Part shown: in pieces, positions 30,251 to 40,643 of the stretch
Numbering within the stretch: the first letter of the stretch is position 1
Layout of the letters: every line of letters starts with the position of its first letter
IMG/VR virus record: IMGVR_UViG_2747842453_000003
Coordinates: 32,001-96,000 of that record
Length of the DNA: 64,000 nucleotides
Origin: a virus
Lineage: Duplodnaviria; Caudoviricetes
Strand: one strand, 5' to 3'
Program-made: the position numbers and the translations under genes
Notes under the pieces: model-generated
What the model was told of the DNA's origin: nothing
Database searches by the model: none
The model's input: the letters and a program-made list of their open reading frames with translations, nothing else

Positions 30251-30994
30251 CTACCTTTTTGATTTTGCACCTCGAAGTCTATTATTTGTCTCAATTACCT
30301 GTTTAATAATTTCGCTATTAGAAAAATTAAGAAACGCCTCAGTATCTTTTGGAAAACAATGTCCACTATATCCTAATCCACCTTCATCATTCGGTGCAGA
30401 CATATGCGATGGTCCAATGTTTTCAAACTTACTTAATATATTAATCATGGTTTCGTGATTGTATTCATTACCCATATTATAATACATTTCGTGAAAGAAT
30501 GCAACCTTTAATGCTAACCAATTGTTATGTACATATTTTGTCATACTCGCGGTAGTTCGGTCAGTATAGATAAACTCTACATGTGGAAGATAATTAAATA
30601 ATTGTTCCCATTTATAACATTGTATTTGTTGTCCGCCAAGAATAAAGACAGTTTGATTGTTAAAATCTTCTTTAGCAGTTTTTGCTCTTAAAAATTCGGG
30701 ACTATAAGTTACTGTATTTGCATATGATTCTAGCATTGTGAATGGCACTGTACTCTTTAGTAGTACAGGTAGTTCTCCTAGTTGCTCTAGTACACTTCTA
30801 ACAATGCTATCATCACATTTACCATCAACAGAAGGTGTAGGAACACAAACGATAGCACTAGTAGCCTTGTCCAAATAATCTTCTATTTTATTGTTGTTGT
30901 ACTTGGGATCAATTCGCACTACATTTGTATTATTACCTTCTAAACTTTGTGCTACTGCTTCACCTACATAACCACAACCAATAATGAGTATCAT
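30251..30994 (-). CDS. UDP-glucose/GDP-mannose dehydrogenase-like protein (short)
   Basis: IGCGYVG, VCVPTP, LKSTV, SPEFLR, GYSGHCFPKD. Confidence 0.85.
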   Translation of the reverse strand: MILIIGCGYVGEAVAQSLEGNNTNVVRIDPKYNNNKIEDYLDKATSAIVCVPTPSVDGKCDDSIVRSVLEQLGELPVLLKSTVPFTMLESYANTVTYSPEFLRAKTAKEDFNNQTVFILGGQQIQCYKWEQLFNYLPHVEFIYTDRTTASMTKYVHNNWLALKVAFFHEMYYNMGNEYNHETMINILSKFENIGPSHMSAPNDEGGLGYSGHCFPKDTEAFLNFSNSEIIKQVIETNNRLRGAKSKR

Positions 30995-31183
30995 TTATCA
31001 TCCTCTTTACGTTCTTGTTCAACGATGTAATCTTTTAGTTTCATAATTTCATTGCAATAGTAAGTGTATTTTCGTAACGATTCAATACTTCCAGTTTCAA
31101 TAAACTCCCGACTATACTTATCTGCCTGTTTGGTTAATTCAACTATTTTTGGTTCAAATCTCCTTCTGAAGGAGAGACTGTTA

Positions 31184-31471
31184 CTACTCATTGTCCTTTT
31201 CATTTTTCAATTCTTGCAATGTTTTCTTTTCTCTAATTGCATCCTGCAAGTCTAAGATTTGTTCATTCTCTATCATTTTAATAATAGTATTTGTTGTACC
31301 AATCTCTTGTTGAACCATGCCCAACTTGAACATTAATTTTTCTAATTCTATCTGATAAAATTCAAGTTCTTTTTCTTTTAGTGCACGTTTTTCATAAATG
31401 TCTGCCAAATTAATTATTAATTTTGGTGTGGGTATTTCTATTTCTGTTTCAGGTTGTATTATTTTCTTCAT
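31184..31471 (-). CDS. hypothetical coiled-coil protein
   Basis: 95 aa, AGGAG SD. Confidence 0.65.
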   Translation of the reverse strand: MKKIIQPETEIEIPTPKLIINLADIYEKRALKEKELEFYQIELEKLMFKLGMVQQEIGTTNTIIKMIENEQILDLQDAIREKKTLQELKNEKDNE

Positions 31472-31729
31472 AATGAATTACTCCTATTACTATTAGTAAT
31501 TATCATTTTTTTAAAATAGACCACATCTCTTCGATTTTATGATTTTTAATATATTCATCTTCATTGGCATATGTGCCTGTTCGTTTTAGTTTTTCTTCAA
31601 CATACCATAAAATTTGATATAATTCTTTTTTGGCATGCCAACAGTTGTATCCATCCATAGCGTGGTTACTTTCTTGAAATGAAATCTTATCTATTTCATT
31701 CTTAATATTTTGTAAGTTCCAATCTTTAA

Positions 31730-32209
31730 TCACATTCTAGACCATACATCAACATACACACCATCTTTGTGTCCACTGTCAGTCAATGTGAAATTCTCTT
31801 CAATCAACGTGCTGGGCAAAAAGGTATCACACTCATATGAACCACTAATGCGGCTCAAATGAAATTCATCAATAATTGAAAATAATCCCATAACTAATTT
31901 TGCACCACCAATGATCCAAACATCCTGCAGTTTATTCATGTTGGTAAGTTCAGTTATAGCCTTGTCAAACTTAATATAATGATATCCACCCTTATCTTTA
32001 TCCTGTTCACTACTGGTAACGACAATATTATTGCGGTTGGGCAATGGCTTTGTGGGCAAACTATCCCATGTACTTTTCCCCATCACTACAACGCAACCAG
32101 TCGTAGTATCTTTAAACCACTTCATATCAGCAGAATTATGTGGCCACGGAAGGCCACCATCTTTGCCGATGCCCCAATTTTCGTCACATGCTAGTATTAC
32201 TCTAATCAA
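31730..32209 (-). CDS. folA: dihydrofolate reductase
   Basis: IGKDGGLPW, DMKWFK, VVMGKSTWDSL, PLPNRNNIV, IIGGA, CDTF. Confidence 0.95.
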   Translation of the reverse strand: MIRVILACDENWGIGKDGGLPWPHNSADMKWFKDTTTGCVVVMGKSTWDSLPTKPLPNRNNIVVTSSEQDKDKGGYHYIKFDKAITELTNMNKLQDVWIIGGAKLVMGLFSIIDEFHLSRISGSYECDTFLPSTLIEENFTLTDSGHKDGVYVDVWSRM

Positions 32210-32440
32210 TGGTATGTCCTTCCCTTTATACTTTTTAATTGATTAAGTCTAAACTCTGTTATCAATTTAAGTACTGAATCTATTTGTAATGGCAATTCTT
32301 CATTGTCTGATAAATGATATGGAAGTTGTATACAGCGAATATCACCATCGATGTCAAATATAAATGCAAAATCGCTATCATCTAAATTACTATCTTCCGC
32401 TAAACGTGTCACAGTGTATTCTTTTAATGTTTCATCATTT

Positions 32441-32722
32441 TTACTCATTGATTAAACTACTCCAGAGTTTTAATTTATTTCGCTTAACTTCTATTCTATC
32501 ACGTAAATCAGTATCTGTAAATAGTCCATGTTCTACCATTAATTCAATCATACATAAAACATCGCCTGCCTCTTCTATAAGTTTATGATCCCATTTTTCA
32601 TTAACTTCTTTTTTGTCACTGTACTTACGAATGTGCTTCATACACACTTGTGTTAGTTCTCCACATTCTTCTGCGGTAATAGCCATTAACTGTTGATATG
32701 TATTTATCGGTGTATTATTCAT
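32441..32722 (-). CDS. MazG-like pyrophosphatase
   Basis: EECGELTQ...LIEEAGDVL; start reassigned to ATG 32722. Confidence 0.8.
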   Translation of the reverse strand: MNNTPINTYQQLMAITAEECGELTQVCMKHIRKYSDKKEVNEKWDHKLIEEAGDVLCMIELMVEHGLFTDTDLRDRIEVKRNKLKLWSSLINE

Positions 32723-32880
32723 CCGAATATTGCCAGAATTATAATAATTAATAAAATCCATCCTAACCAATTAGACCCACCACCAACAAGACCTTTATTT
32801 TTAGCACAATCATAACAGTATCTATATTTCTTTGGTGTTTTATTACTGCAAAAAAATGCATCACACGTTTTTTTACTCAT
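32719..32880 (-). CDS. 53-aa Cys-rich protein with C-terminal TM (not in ORF track)
   Basis: MSKKTCDAFFC...YCYDC...WLGWILLIIIILAIFG; overlaps both neighbours. Confidence 0.6.
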   Translation of the reverse strand: MSKKTCDAFFCSNKTPKKYRYCYDCAKNKGLVGGGSNWLGWILLIIIILAIFG

Positions 32881-33332
32881 TTATATGCCTTTCCAAATCC
32901 TTCTACATATAGTCTATGGGTTTCAATAAACTTCCATACATTGAAATCATTGAATTTGCCATACATTCTAGCACCACGATCTCTACGTTCAAATGCAGAT
33001 AATATATCATCTGATTTGTTGTCGTATAGTTCTAATTTACCAGATAGGGTAACACGTGCATTATTCATTTCAGTTTTATGTCTATTTTCTCCAGCGAAAT
33101 AAAGTGAAACATTCTCACTGATAGTTTTAATATTAGTGGTATGTTGACTCAAATCACTTAGCAACAAATATATATTATCATCATCTAGTAATACTGGCGT
33201 AACTTTTGATATCTCTGGAAACTTTTTACCAGTTGTGGCCATGGCGGCTTGTTGATAGTATACTAGTAAGTTCGCCACCTCGTCCTTAACTGTTTCAATA
33301 TCATGATACATCAGTTTGTCTTCGTTTTCCAT
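32877..33332 (-). CDS. HugZ / pyridoxamine 5'-phosphate oxidase-like split-barrel protein
   Basis: YLLLSDLSQHTTNI...RVTLSG...DFNVW...YVEGFGKAY. Confidence 0.75.
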   Translation of the reverse strand: MENEDKLMYHDIETVKDEVANLLVYYQQAAMATTGKKFPEISKVTPVLLDDDNIYLLLSDLSQHTTNIKTISENVSLYFAGENRHKTEMNNARVTLSGKLELYDNKSDDILSAFERRDRGARMYGKFNDFNVWKFIETHRLYVEGFGKAYK

Positions 33333-33470
33333 CGCTTACACCAGTTCCTACTACCTTTTTACTTCCACAATTCTTACAATAACTTATATTAACAACAAAA
33401 TTTAACCCATCAGCATTGATTATCTGGCAGGTTTTGCTTAATTCTAAATTCATACAACAATGCATAATAC

Positions 33471-33692
33471 TCATTTTGTTATGAACATTCCTTCGCTTTT
33501 ATTTAAAGCAAGTAAAAATTCACTGAACATTTTTTGATTTATGCAAATAGTCCAATGTCTATTTTCAGATTCGACCCATTGAGAAAAGTATATACCATCA
33601 CTTGCAAATCTAATAATAAAATCATCGACATTATTATTTTCATCCATGATTGTTACTTTTGATAGATCAAATTCGTGTTCTACGGTAAACAT
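33471..33692 (-). CDS. hypothetical protein
   Basis: 73 aa, coupled to uvsE. Confidence 0.65.
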   Translation of the reverse strand: MFTVEHEFDLSKVTIMDENNNVDDFIIRFASDGIYFSQWVESENRHWTICINQKMFSEFLLALNKSEGMFITK

Positions 33693-34706
33693 TTAACGTG
33701 TTGCCTCTTCAAATGGAATGCTTGCTAGATTTTTTGCTTTTGCTTCTACCATGATATCAAAGTCATTACGAAAACTACCAGCCCAATCAGTTACCGCTGA
33801 ATTCCATATGTAGTCACTGTGTGCACGAAGTTTGCCTTTTTTGTGACCAGTTTCTAGTAACTGATTAAAATCTGGTAGTACATCAGTTCTATGTCCATGA
33901 ATATAATCTTCTCGGCTCATACTAAGATGCATAGCAGGACGAACACCGCGCCAACTATCGATTACACGTTTAACACGATCATCATTGGCTTCAATGTATT
34001 CACCTTCACGGCACCAGTGATGATGAACATCTAGTACAAGTGCTACATCATCTGCTAGTTCTAGGCTATCACTGATACCCCAGCGATTTTCGTCATTTTC
34101 GATGGTAATACAGTTCCTTGCTTCTTTTGATAATCGTGGCAAGACGGCTTTGATACCGGCTGGACCTTGTCGCCCGGAGATGTGGATGTTGATTTTGAAA
34201 TCCTGAAACTGCTGACCATAGCCCATGTACCGTACGATATCTGCATGATACTCAAACTCCTCAATTGAACTTTCAACAATGTCAGGATTGTCACTTGCAA
34301 GGACAGTAAATTGACCTGGATGCATTGACAACCTGACATCATTCTTTCGTGCTTTATCACCAATAGTACTTAGTCTACTTGCAATACGATCGGTGATATA
34401 GTTTGTTTTGGTAAGATGCCCAAAGTTTTTTTCTGTATAAGCAGGTAACATGTCACTACCCATTCGAAGCATACGCTGTGGTAGTGGAAGTGTTGATACA
34501 TAATCAATCAAACGCTCAGTTGCATTTAGATTATGTTCAACAATATCATACACACGTTCTTGTGCTTCATCAAGGTGTTCACGCATCCATCGAATGGTTG
34601 TCCCACGAAAGTTCAACGGCCCTTCGATTTCTTTGAGCATCTTGGGTTTAAGGGTTCTATCATAATGCATAAATTTACATGCAAAACCAACTCGTTTGTT
34701 TATCAT
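33693..34706 (-). CDS. uvsE: UV DNA damage endonuclease
   Basis: RVGFAC, RLSMHPGQF, INIH, ITIEND, VLDVHHH, RAHSDY, DIMVEAKAKN. Confidence 0.93.
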   Translation of the reverse strand: MINKRVGFACKFMHYDRTLKPKMLKEIEGPLNFRGTTIRWMREHLDEAQERVYDIVEHNLNATERLIDYVSTLPLPQRMLRMGSDMLPAYTEKNFGHLTKTNYITDRIASRLSTIGDKARKNDVRLSMHPGQFTVLASDNPDIVESSIEEFEYHADIVRYMGYGQQFQDFKINIHISGRQGPAGIKAVLPRLSKEARNCITIENDENRWGISDSLELADDVALVLDVHHHWCREGEYIEANDDRVKRVIDSWRGVRPAMHLSMSREDYIHGHRTDVLPDFNQLLETGHKKGKLRAHSDYIWNSAVTDWAGSFRNDFDIMVEAKAKNLASIPFEEATR

Positions 34707-34966
34707 CCTGTTGCCTTTTCATCTGTGTGAATAAATCGAATCATAGCTTCAACATACATCATTTCTGTTGGGACTACAACCATTTTTTTTATAGGCGGAT
34801 TAAACCAATGAGTATGATAAGATTGAAATCTTTCATTACGTTTTAACCCTCTAAGAACTTTACCACGAATGGTCCAGTTTCGTTTGCCACATTCTTGATT
34901 TAATAGTTTAACAATTCCATAAAATTGCTCACGACTTGTAAAACCAAATTCAAATTCATATGCCAT
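34703..34966 (-). CDS. hypothetical protein
   Basis: 87 aa; TTGACT-17-TATAAT promoter upstream. Confidence 0.65.
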   Translation of the reverse strand: MAYEFEFGFTSREQFYGIVKLLNQECGKRNWTIRGKVLRGLKRNERFQSYHTHWFNPPIKKMVVVPTEMMYVEAMIRFIHTDEKATG

Positions 34967-35047
34967 ACTACACCTTTAAGTTCTATATAAGTATTATAAA
35001 TGATAAATACTTTAAAGTCAATAGTAAACTTACAAGGAATTACAGTA

Positions 35048-36424
35048 ATGTCAGATATTAAAAATTGGAAAAAACTCATTGAAAATATTCAAATGAATGA
35101 AACAGATGAAGAAGATGCAAATTATACAGATCATGAAGTTTCTATGGCAAAATCTCAATTGTTGAGTAGTGTAAAAAGTTCAACACGAATTGCTAAACAT
35201 TTATCTGGCAAATCTGAAGACGAAGGTATTCCAGGATGGGTTGCAAGTAAACTAACAGTAGCAGAAGATTATTTGCAAGCAGTTGCAGATTATATGGATG
35301 GTGAAGAATTACAAGAAGGTTATAAAGTTATGCCTCCTATGGATCCTAAGTATGTAGCACGTAGTGGACTTGAAGGTCCATTCACTACATTAAGTGGTAA
35401 AGTTGTTTATTATGATCCAAAAGAAGGTAAGTACTACGATCCAGATACTGACATTTATCTATCGTATGATGAATTCCAAAACTATGACAAAGATTATTCT
35501 GACATGAAAGATGAACGTGATGAAACTCGCGAATCAGAAGAAGAAAATAAAGAATCATCTAATTTGAAAAGCATTGTACATAAACATCTTAGCCAATCTT
35601 TTAGTGATGCATCGGATAGTGGTGCAAATAAAGAGCAATTTGCGGATTATATGATGAATTCAATTAATGAATTAATAGAAGATCAAGTTGATGCTACTTT
35701 TGAAAATAATTTACAGAAAACAAATGATCCATTAACTTTAGCAATTCGTAACGAAATAGACGCCATTATTGAGTTTTCTAATTTAAATAAAGGTGATGCT
35801 GAATCAGTTATGACATATATATCAGATATGGTCAGTGATATTGCAGAAGAATGGGAAGCCATGCAAAAAGAAGGCAATGAATTTAGTGGCGCACTAGCAA
35901 ATGCTAAAAAGTTTGGCAAAAAAGAATTTAGCGTCGATGGAAAAACATATAAAGTAAAAGAAGTAGTTGAAGAAGAAACTGACGATGTAACCGAAACCAA
36001 GTACGGAATTGTACGCTATCCAGATACAGCAATCTCATATATCAAAAATGATGGCAATGGTTGGGAACATATCTTTGATAAGTCATACGGCTTTGAAGGT
36101 CCTGTTGACAAGGCAGACTTACAATATGCAAAGAAGATTAATAAAGAAAAGATTCCATCACGTATGTTCGAAGCAAAAGATACATGTGATTGCGGATGCA
36201 ACTGTGGCAAGGACGTATGTGAATCATGTGGCAAGAAACACAAGGTAATCGAGTCTAAAGAAATGATGACAGAAGCACAGTTTGACGAAGCGGCTGGCGA
36301 GAAAGATGCTTGCTATCGTAAAGTTAAATCACGTTACAAAGTATGGCCTTCAGCATACGCATCAGGTGCATTAGTTAAGTGTCGTAAAGTTGGTGCAAAG
36401 AACTGGGGTAATTCAAAGAAATGA
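35048..36424 (+). CDS. mosaic acidic/basic phage protein, probable internal head protein
   Basis: Start reassigned to ATG 35048 (AAGGA SD); C-terminal EKDACYRKVKSRYKVWPSAYASGALVKCRK module recognisable from T4-like marine phages. Confidence 0.7.
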   Translation: MSDIKNWKKLIENIQMNETDEEDANYTDHEVSMAKSQLLSSVKSSTRIAKHLSGKSEDEGIPGWVASKLTVAEDYLQAVADYMDGEELQEGYKVMPPMDPKYVARSGLEGPFTTLSGKVVYYDPKEGKYYDPDTDIYLSYDEFQNYDKDYSDMKDERDETRESEEENKESSNLKSIVHKHLSQSFSDASDSGANKEQFADYMMNSINELIEDQVDATFENNLQKTNDPLTLAIRNEIDAIIEFSNLNKGDAESVMTYISDMVSDIAEEWEAMQKEGNEFSGALANAKKFGKKEFSVDGKTYKVKEVVEEETDDVTETKYGIVRYPDTAISYIKNDGNGWEHIFDKSYGFEGPVDKADLQYAKKINKEKIPSRMFEAKDTCDCGCNCGKDVCESCGKKHKVIESKEMMTEAQFDEAAGEKDACYRKVKSRYKVWPSAYASGALVKCRKVGAKNWGNSKK

Positions 36425-36747
36425 AGATAACCGAAATCATAAACGAAGATTTACGTGCATGGTTTGGCAAAGGTAAAAAGGGCGGCGCAGGCGGTGGCGG
36501 CTGGGACCGTTACAATACCAAAGGCGACCGTATTGGCAAATGTGGCGATAGTAAGCCAGGAGAAGGTAAGCCCAAATGTCTTAGCAAAAGTGCTGCAGCA
36601 AAACTTCGCAATTCAGATAACGATAAAGACGGCAAAAAGGATGGCAAGAAAGCAATCGCTAATGCTGTGAAACGTAAAAAAGCAAATGATCCAAATCGTA
36701 ACCGTAAAGGCAAAGCAACACACGTAAATAATAGTCCAAAGAAATAA
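36421..36747 (+). CDS. basic phage protein, probable internal head protein
   Basis: MKITEIINE leader, then Lys/Gly-rich domain. Confidence 0.7.
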   Translation: MKITEIINEDLRAWFGKGKKGGAGGGGWDRYNTKGDRIGKCGDSKPGEGKPKCLSKSAAAKLRNSDNDKDGKKDGKKAIANAVKRKKANDPNRNRKGKATHVNNSPKK

Positions 36748-36756
36748 AGATGTAAA

Positions 36757-36954
36757 ATGGCGCACTTGATAGTAACAACCGATTATTCAGTTACATACTG
36801 TAACAACTGTGGTGCTGGCTCACATTGTGGTACTAGCAAGTATACACAGTTTAAAGATTATAAGTGCGATGGCGGAGAATTAAGAGAAGTAATTACATGT
36901 AGTCATTGTAATTGTAAAAAATGCAAAGGCAACCATATACGAAAAAAGGTATAA
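36757..36954 (+). CDS. small Cys-rich protein
   Basis: CNNC...HC...CSHCNCKKC. Confidence 0.6.
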   Translation: MAHLIVTTDYSVTYCNNCGAGSHCGTSKYTQFKDYKCDGGELREVITCSHCNCKKCKGNHIRKKV

Positions 36955-37076
36955 AATTATGTATGATTCAAAGTTTGTAAACGATTATGTTTTTTATTTA
37001 AAATTACACGAACAATTACGAATGTCAACTAATGACAGAAATAAATTTTGGTCAACATATATGAAGGATAACGAAA

Positions 37077-37475
37077 ATGAAAATAAATGATATTTTGAAT
37101 GAGCAACTAAGTGACATTATTGAAGAAATTACACTTGAAGAAACACAAGATTTTCATGAAGAATTTGGATATCTTGGCTATAGTGAAGACGATAGTGATT
37201 TATTTGAAGCGGAATATCAAGGACGTACTGTCAAACTAAACAAACCTATGCGTGGGGATGTTAAAAAGTTCAAAGTATATGTAAAGAATGATAAAGGCAA
37301 TGTAATCAAAGTCAACTTTGGACATGGTGGTACAAGTGCTAAGTCTAAAGGTGAAAAGACTATGAAAATTCGTAAGTCAAATCCTAAAGCACGTGCTAGT
37401 TTCCGTGCAAGACACAATTGTGATAATCCTGGTCCAAAGACCAAAGCACGTTATTGGTCATGTCGTAAATGGTAA
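37077..37475 (+). CDS. basic phage protein, probable internal head protein
   Basis: MKINDILNE leader; EAEYQGR...KVNFG...RASFRARHNC...ARYWSC. Confidence 0.75.
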   Translation: MKINDILNEQLSDIIEEITLEETQDFHEEFGYLGYSEDDSDLFEAEYQGRTVKLNKPMRGDVKKFKVYVKNDKGNVIKVNFGHGGTSAKSKGEKTMKIRKSNPKARASFRARHNCDNPGPKTKARYWSCRKW

Positions 37476-37498
37476 ATGGTAATATACGGAGATAAAAA

Positions 37499-38353
37499 AT
37501 GAATGATTATCAACATCCAAATTTAGATAGAAACCTAATGGGAGTTCAAAATGCAATGGAATACAACGTTGCAGGCGAACCTGCTCTAAGAGTAATTGGA
37601 AATAATTTCAGTTGGGGTATCCATCTAGCTGATGGAAATATCGAGGGCGTAAGTCACATTGAAAAGTTTGGTATGAATATCGATGTAGACAGCGACAAAG
37701 AAACAATTTGGGACGGCGGCGATATTTACGAATATATCGATACAGCACAAGCAGTCACATTGTCTAGTTCACGATCACAAGATAACCCCACCGGCAGTGG
37801 AGCAAGAACAGTAGAAGTACAAGGACTAAATGCAGCAGGTGAAGTTGTAGTAGAATCTATCGACATGGGCGCAACAAGCACTACAGAGTTCAAACGTGTG
37901 TTTCGTGCAAAGGTTTTAACATCAGGCGCAAGCGGAGTTAATGAAGGTATTATTGACATTACTAGTGTGGCATCTGCAACAGTAGTTGCTCAAATTGGAG
38001 TTGATGGTACTGGTAGTCATGCTGCAGGACGTGGACAAACATTCATGGCGTTGTATACAATACCCGCTGGTAAAACAGGTTATATCACACAATGGACTGT
38101 TGGGTGTGGTAAGCAAAATACAGATGCAGTTGCTACATTAATGACACGTGATCCTAATGCACCAGGCGATGGTGCTTGGAACGCACGTGATATTATTACA
38201 GTGAGTGCAACTACATATGCAAAGAACTATAACGTCCCTATTAAAGTAAATGCAGGTGATGATATTGAAATTCGTGCTTATAGTAGTGTAAACAATTCAC
38301 TAGTAAGTAGTACATTTTGTGTAATACTAATTGACATTCCAGAAATAGAATGA
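37499..38353 (+). CDS. putative virion structural protein
   Basis: 284 aa, beta-rich, KFGMN...ETIWDGG...YTIPAGKTGY. Confidence 0.6.
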   Translation: MNDYQHPNLDRNLMGVQNAMEYNVAGEPALRVIGNNFSWGIHLADGNIEGVSHIEKFGMNIDVDSDKETIWDGGDIYEYIDTAQAVTLSSSRSQDNPTGSGARTVEVQGLNAAGEVVVESIDMGATSTTEFKRVFRAKVLTSGASGVNEGIIDITSVASATVVAQIGVDGTGSHAAGRGQTFMALYTIPAGKTGYITQWTVGCGKQNTDAVATLMTRDPNAPGDGAWNARDIITVSATTYAKNYNVPIKVNAGDDIEIRAYSSVNNSLVSSTFCVILIDIPEIE

Positions 38354-38357
38354 CACT

Positions 38358-38882
38358 ATGTTTTCATTTGATATAGAAAATATAACCAAAGGTATAGGCA
38401 TAGTGAGTGCATCATTAGCAATGCTAGGCGGTGGCTATACATTTTGGGATAAAGTGTCTAACAAAGATATTCTTACTTGGGAACCTGAATATTTTGTGAT
38501 ATCTGATGCGCCAGTCAATGGCGAATTTAAAGTAATTGTTGCTAGAGAAAAGCATAGAGATGATTGCACAGTTAAAGACTTTACATTAGAAGTACGAGAT
38601 GTAGACTACATAGTACATCCTGCAAAACCAAGTGTAACAAAATTCTCTGGCCCAGCAAGTGATAAAGTTGATAAGTTTGGATTTTCTTTTGTAATAGAAA
38701 GTAATCATTTAGAGCATATTACAACAGGCAATGCAACGTTGTTGGCACAAATACATTATCTATGTCCCGAAGGAGACGTTTTTATACATTATCCTGACCA
38801 TGATAATTTAATATTTGAAATTGAAGAATTTGATAATAGTATAGAGGATCCTAGAAAAGCAAAACATCATATGGGTCACTGA
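38358..38882 (+). CDS. hypothetical protein with N-terminal TM anchor
   Basis: 174 aa. Confidence 0.7.
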   Translation: MFSFDIENITKGIGIVSASLAMLGGGYTFWDKVSNKDILTWEPEYFVISDAPVNGEFKVIVAREKHRDDCTVKDFTLEVRDVDYIVHPAKPSVTKFSGPASDKVDKFGFSFVIESNHLEHITTGNATLLAQIHYLCPEGDVFIHYPDHDNLIFEIEEFDNSIEDPRKAKHHMGH

Positions 38883-38905
38883 TAAGATAATAGAGGGAAA
38901 ATAAT

Positions 38906-39094
38906 ATGTGGATTTTATTATGGATAGCATTGGTACCAAATGTACAAAAAATGGAAACATATCATATTGGCACATTCGCTACTAAAAGCGAATGCGCAGA
39001 GGCATTTAAACCTGCAATTGTATTAGTATCAGATAAGAATCAGACACTAGATTGTATTTGGATAGATCCTAATATTAAACCACAAGAGAACTAA
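38906..39094 (+). CDS. small hypothetical protein
   Basis: 62 aa, GAGGG SD. Confidence 0.6.
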   Translation: MWILLWIALVPNVQKMETYHIGTFATKSECAEAFKPAIVLVSDKNQTLDCIWIDPNIKPQEN

Positions 39095-39915
39095 AGACCC
39101 ATTGCTTTCTGTGTGTTTACACCAACAATGCCATCAGCAACTAAACCGTTATTGCGTTGCCAATCCATAACTGTACGTTCAGTTCCTGATCCAAAAATAC
39201 CGTCAGCACTTTCTCCCAATACCTTTTGCATTGCAGCAACATCGTTTCCACGGTCACCTTTACGCAATGTTCGTTTCTTGGGTGTATAATGCCCACCTAG
39301 AACTTCCAATGCGTGTTCCCAATGTTTAGTTCTATCTTCTAGCCCAATAGTTCCACCATTAATACGCTTGGTCATTGTAAGAATATCTTGATCATCACAA
39401 TATCGATTAATTTTATTAGTATCCCAGAACCAACACGCACTTGCTAAAGCACCAATTGGAGTACGAACAAAGTCAGTTGCATCTTCTGCGCTCATATCCT
39501 CTGCCTTGCCAAATTGTGTATAGTTGTGACGACCAGTAAGTTGTAGAATACCACCACCCCTAAATCGCCAGCCATCACCGCTGTTAGTGTCGCCATTATC
39601 CATACGATTAGCATAGATTACATTCGCAATCTTTTCTGGTTGCCGATGATAATCATCAGCATTTCTGCCAGCACGTTCAAAATACTTTGGAAAGATTGAA
39701 TTTAATGCTTTAGCACTATAGTTTAGATTTTCAGTTAACACTGTATAACCTGCACTTTCGTGTCCAGTTTGTGCAATAAATCCTGCTACTCTATTTTCGG
39801 TATCAATATCCCATCTGGGCAATACTCTCTCCATTGCATCAAACCATTCACTAGCATCAATGCGTGGTAACAATTCTGCGACATGTTCTACTTTGAAATC
39901 AAATTTAAATCCCAT
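39091..39915 (-). CDS. GH19 endolysin with C-terminal peptidoglycan-binding domain
   Basis: FIAQTGHES, ENLNYS, GDGWRFRGGGILQLTGRHNY, TKRINGG; LRKGDRG...DGIFG...DGIVG. Confidence 0.92.
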   Translation of the reverse strand: MGFKFDFKVEHVAELLPRIDASEWFDAMERVLPRWDIDTENRVAGFIAQTGHESAGYTVLTENLNYSAKALNSIFPKYFERAGRNADDYHRQPEKIANVIYANRMDNGDTNSGDGWRFRGGGILQLTGRHNYTQFGKAEDMSAEDATDFVRTPIGALASACWFWDTNKINRYCDDQDILTMTKRINGGTIGLEDRTKHWEHALEVLGGHYTPKKRTLRKGDRGNDVAAMQKVLGESADGIFGSGTERTVMDWQRNNGLVADGIVGVNTQKAMGL

Positions 39916-39916
39916 T

Positions 39917-40342
39917 TTATATCTCCTTCAATACAATAGATTTATTCTCTATTAGAATTTCTCTGTTGTGTAAATGTTCTTTTTCAACATCATCTTTGGA
40001 CTGACCGTGATATCGAACAGCCAAGTTTTTTTCAATCATTATTTCAGTAAATAGTTTATCATCAATACTAAAATCTCCAAGTATGCGGCCAAACTTTCCA
40101 GTTTTATCTTTGGTTGTCATAATGGTCTGCGATGATCCTACTGGCATTAGTTCTTTTACAAATTCTTTTGCTAATAGACCAAACTGTTTTTCTACCAAAT
40201 CCCTGGTGCGAGTTTCTGGAGTATCAATCCCCATAATTCGAATACGTTCTTTATGTAACCATACTCCAAATCCTAAGTCAATGTCTACGTCAACTGTATC
40301 TCCATCAACTACTCTGAGTATTTTGCACCTGTACTTATACAT
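39917..40342 (-). CDS. thermonuclease (SNase) family nuclease
   Basis: RVVDGDTVD, RIRIMGIDTPE, GKFGRILG. Confidence 0.9.
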   Translation of the reverse strand: MYKYRCKILRVVDGDTVDVDIDLGFGVWLHKERIRIMGIDTPETRTRDLVEKQFGLLAKEFVKELMPVGSSQTIMTTKDKTGKFGRILGDFSIDDKLFTEIMIEKNLAVRYHGQSKDDVEKEHLHNREILIENKSIVLKEI

Positions 40343-40642
40343 TTACCAAAACTTCAGTGATTTTGTTGCTTTCTTAGCAGCATTATAAGCAGCATCAGCA
40401 GATTTTTCAATCGCACCGGTAGTTGCTTTTTTCGCTGTTTTTGCGACTGCGGTGGCTTGCTTCTTAGCATCTTTGACACCTGCATCTGCTGCTGCTTTCG
40501 CCGCGGCGGCTGCTTCTACTGCTAATTGCTCATTTTTTTGTGCTGCTTTAGTTGCTGCCGCTGCTGCTTCTGCTGCCGCTTTTTCAGCAGCCTTAATTGC
40601 AGCATTCATTTTTTTATCCCAATCTTTTGGCATTTGTGACAT
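40343..40642 (-). CDS. Ala/Lys-rich helical protein
   Basis: 99 aa, AGGAG SD. Confidence 0.7.
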   Translation of the reverse strand: MSQMPKDWDKKMNAAIKAAEKAAAEAAAAATKAAQKNEQLAVEAAAAAKAAADAGVKDAKKQATAVAKTAKKATTGAIEKSADAAYNAAKKATKSLKFW

Positions 40643-40643
40643 T

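Noticed and set aside
35000-35047. ORF-track start at 35000
   Set aside because: Overlaps divergent promoter elements; ATG 35048 has the SD.
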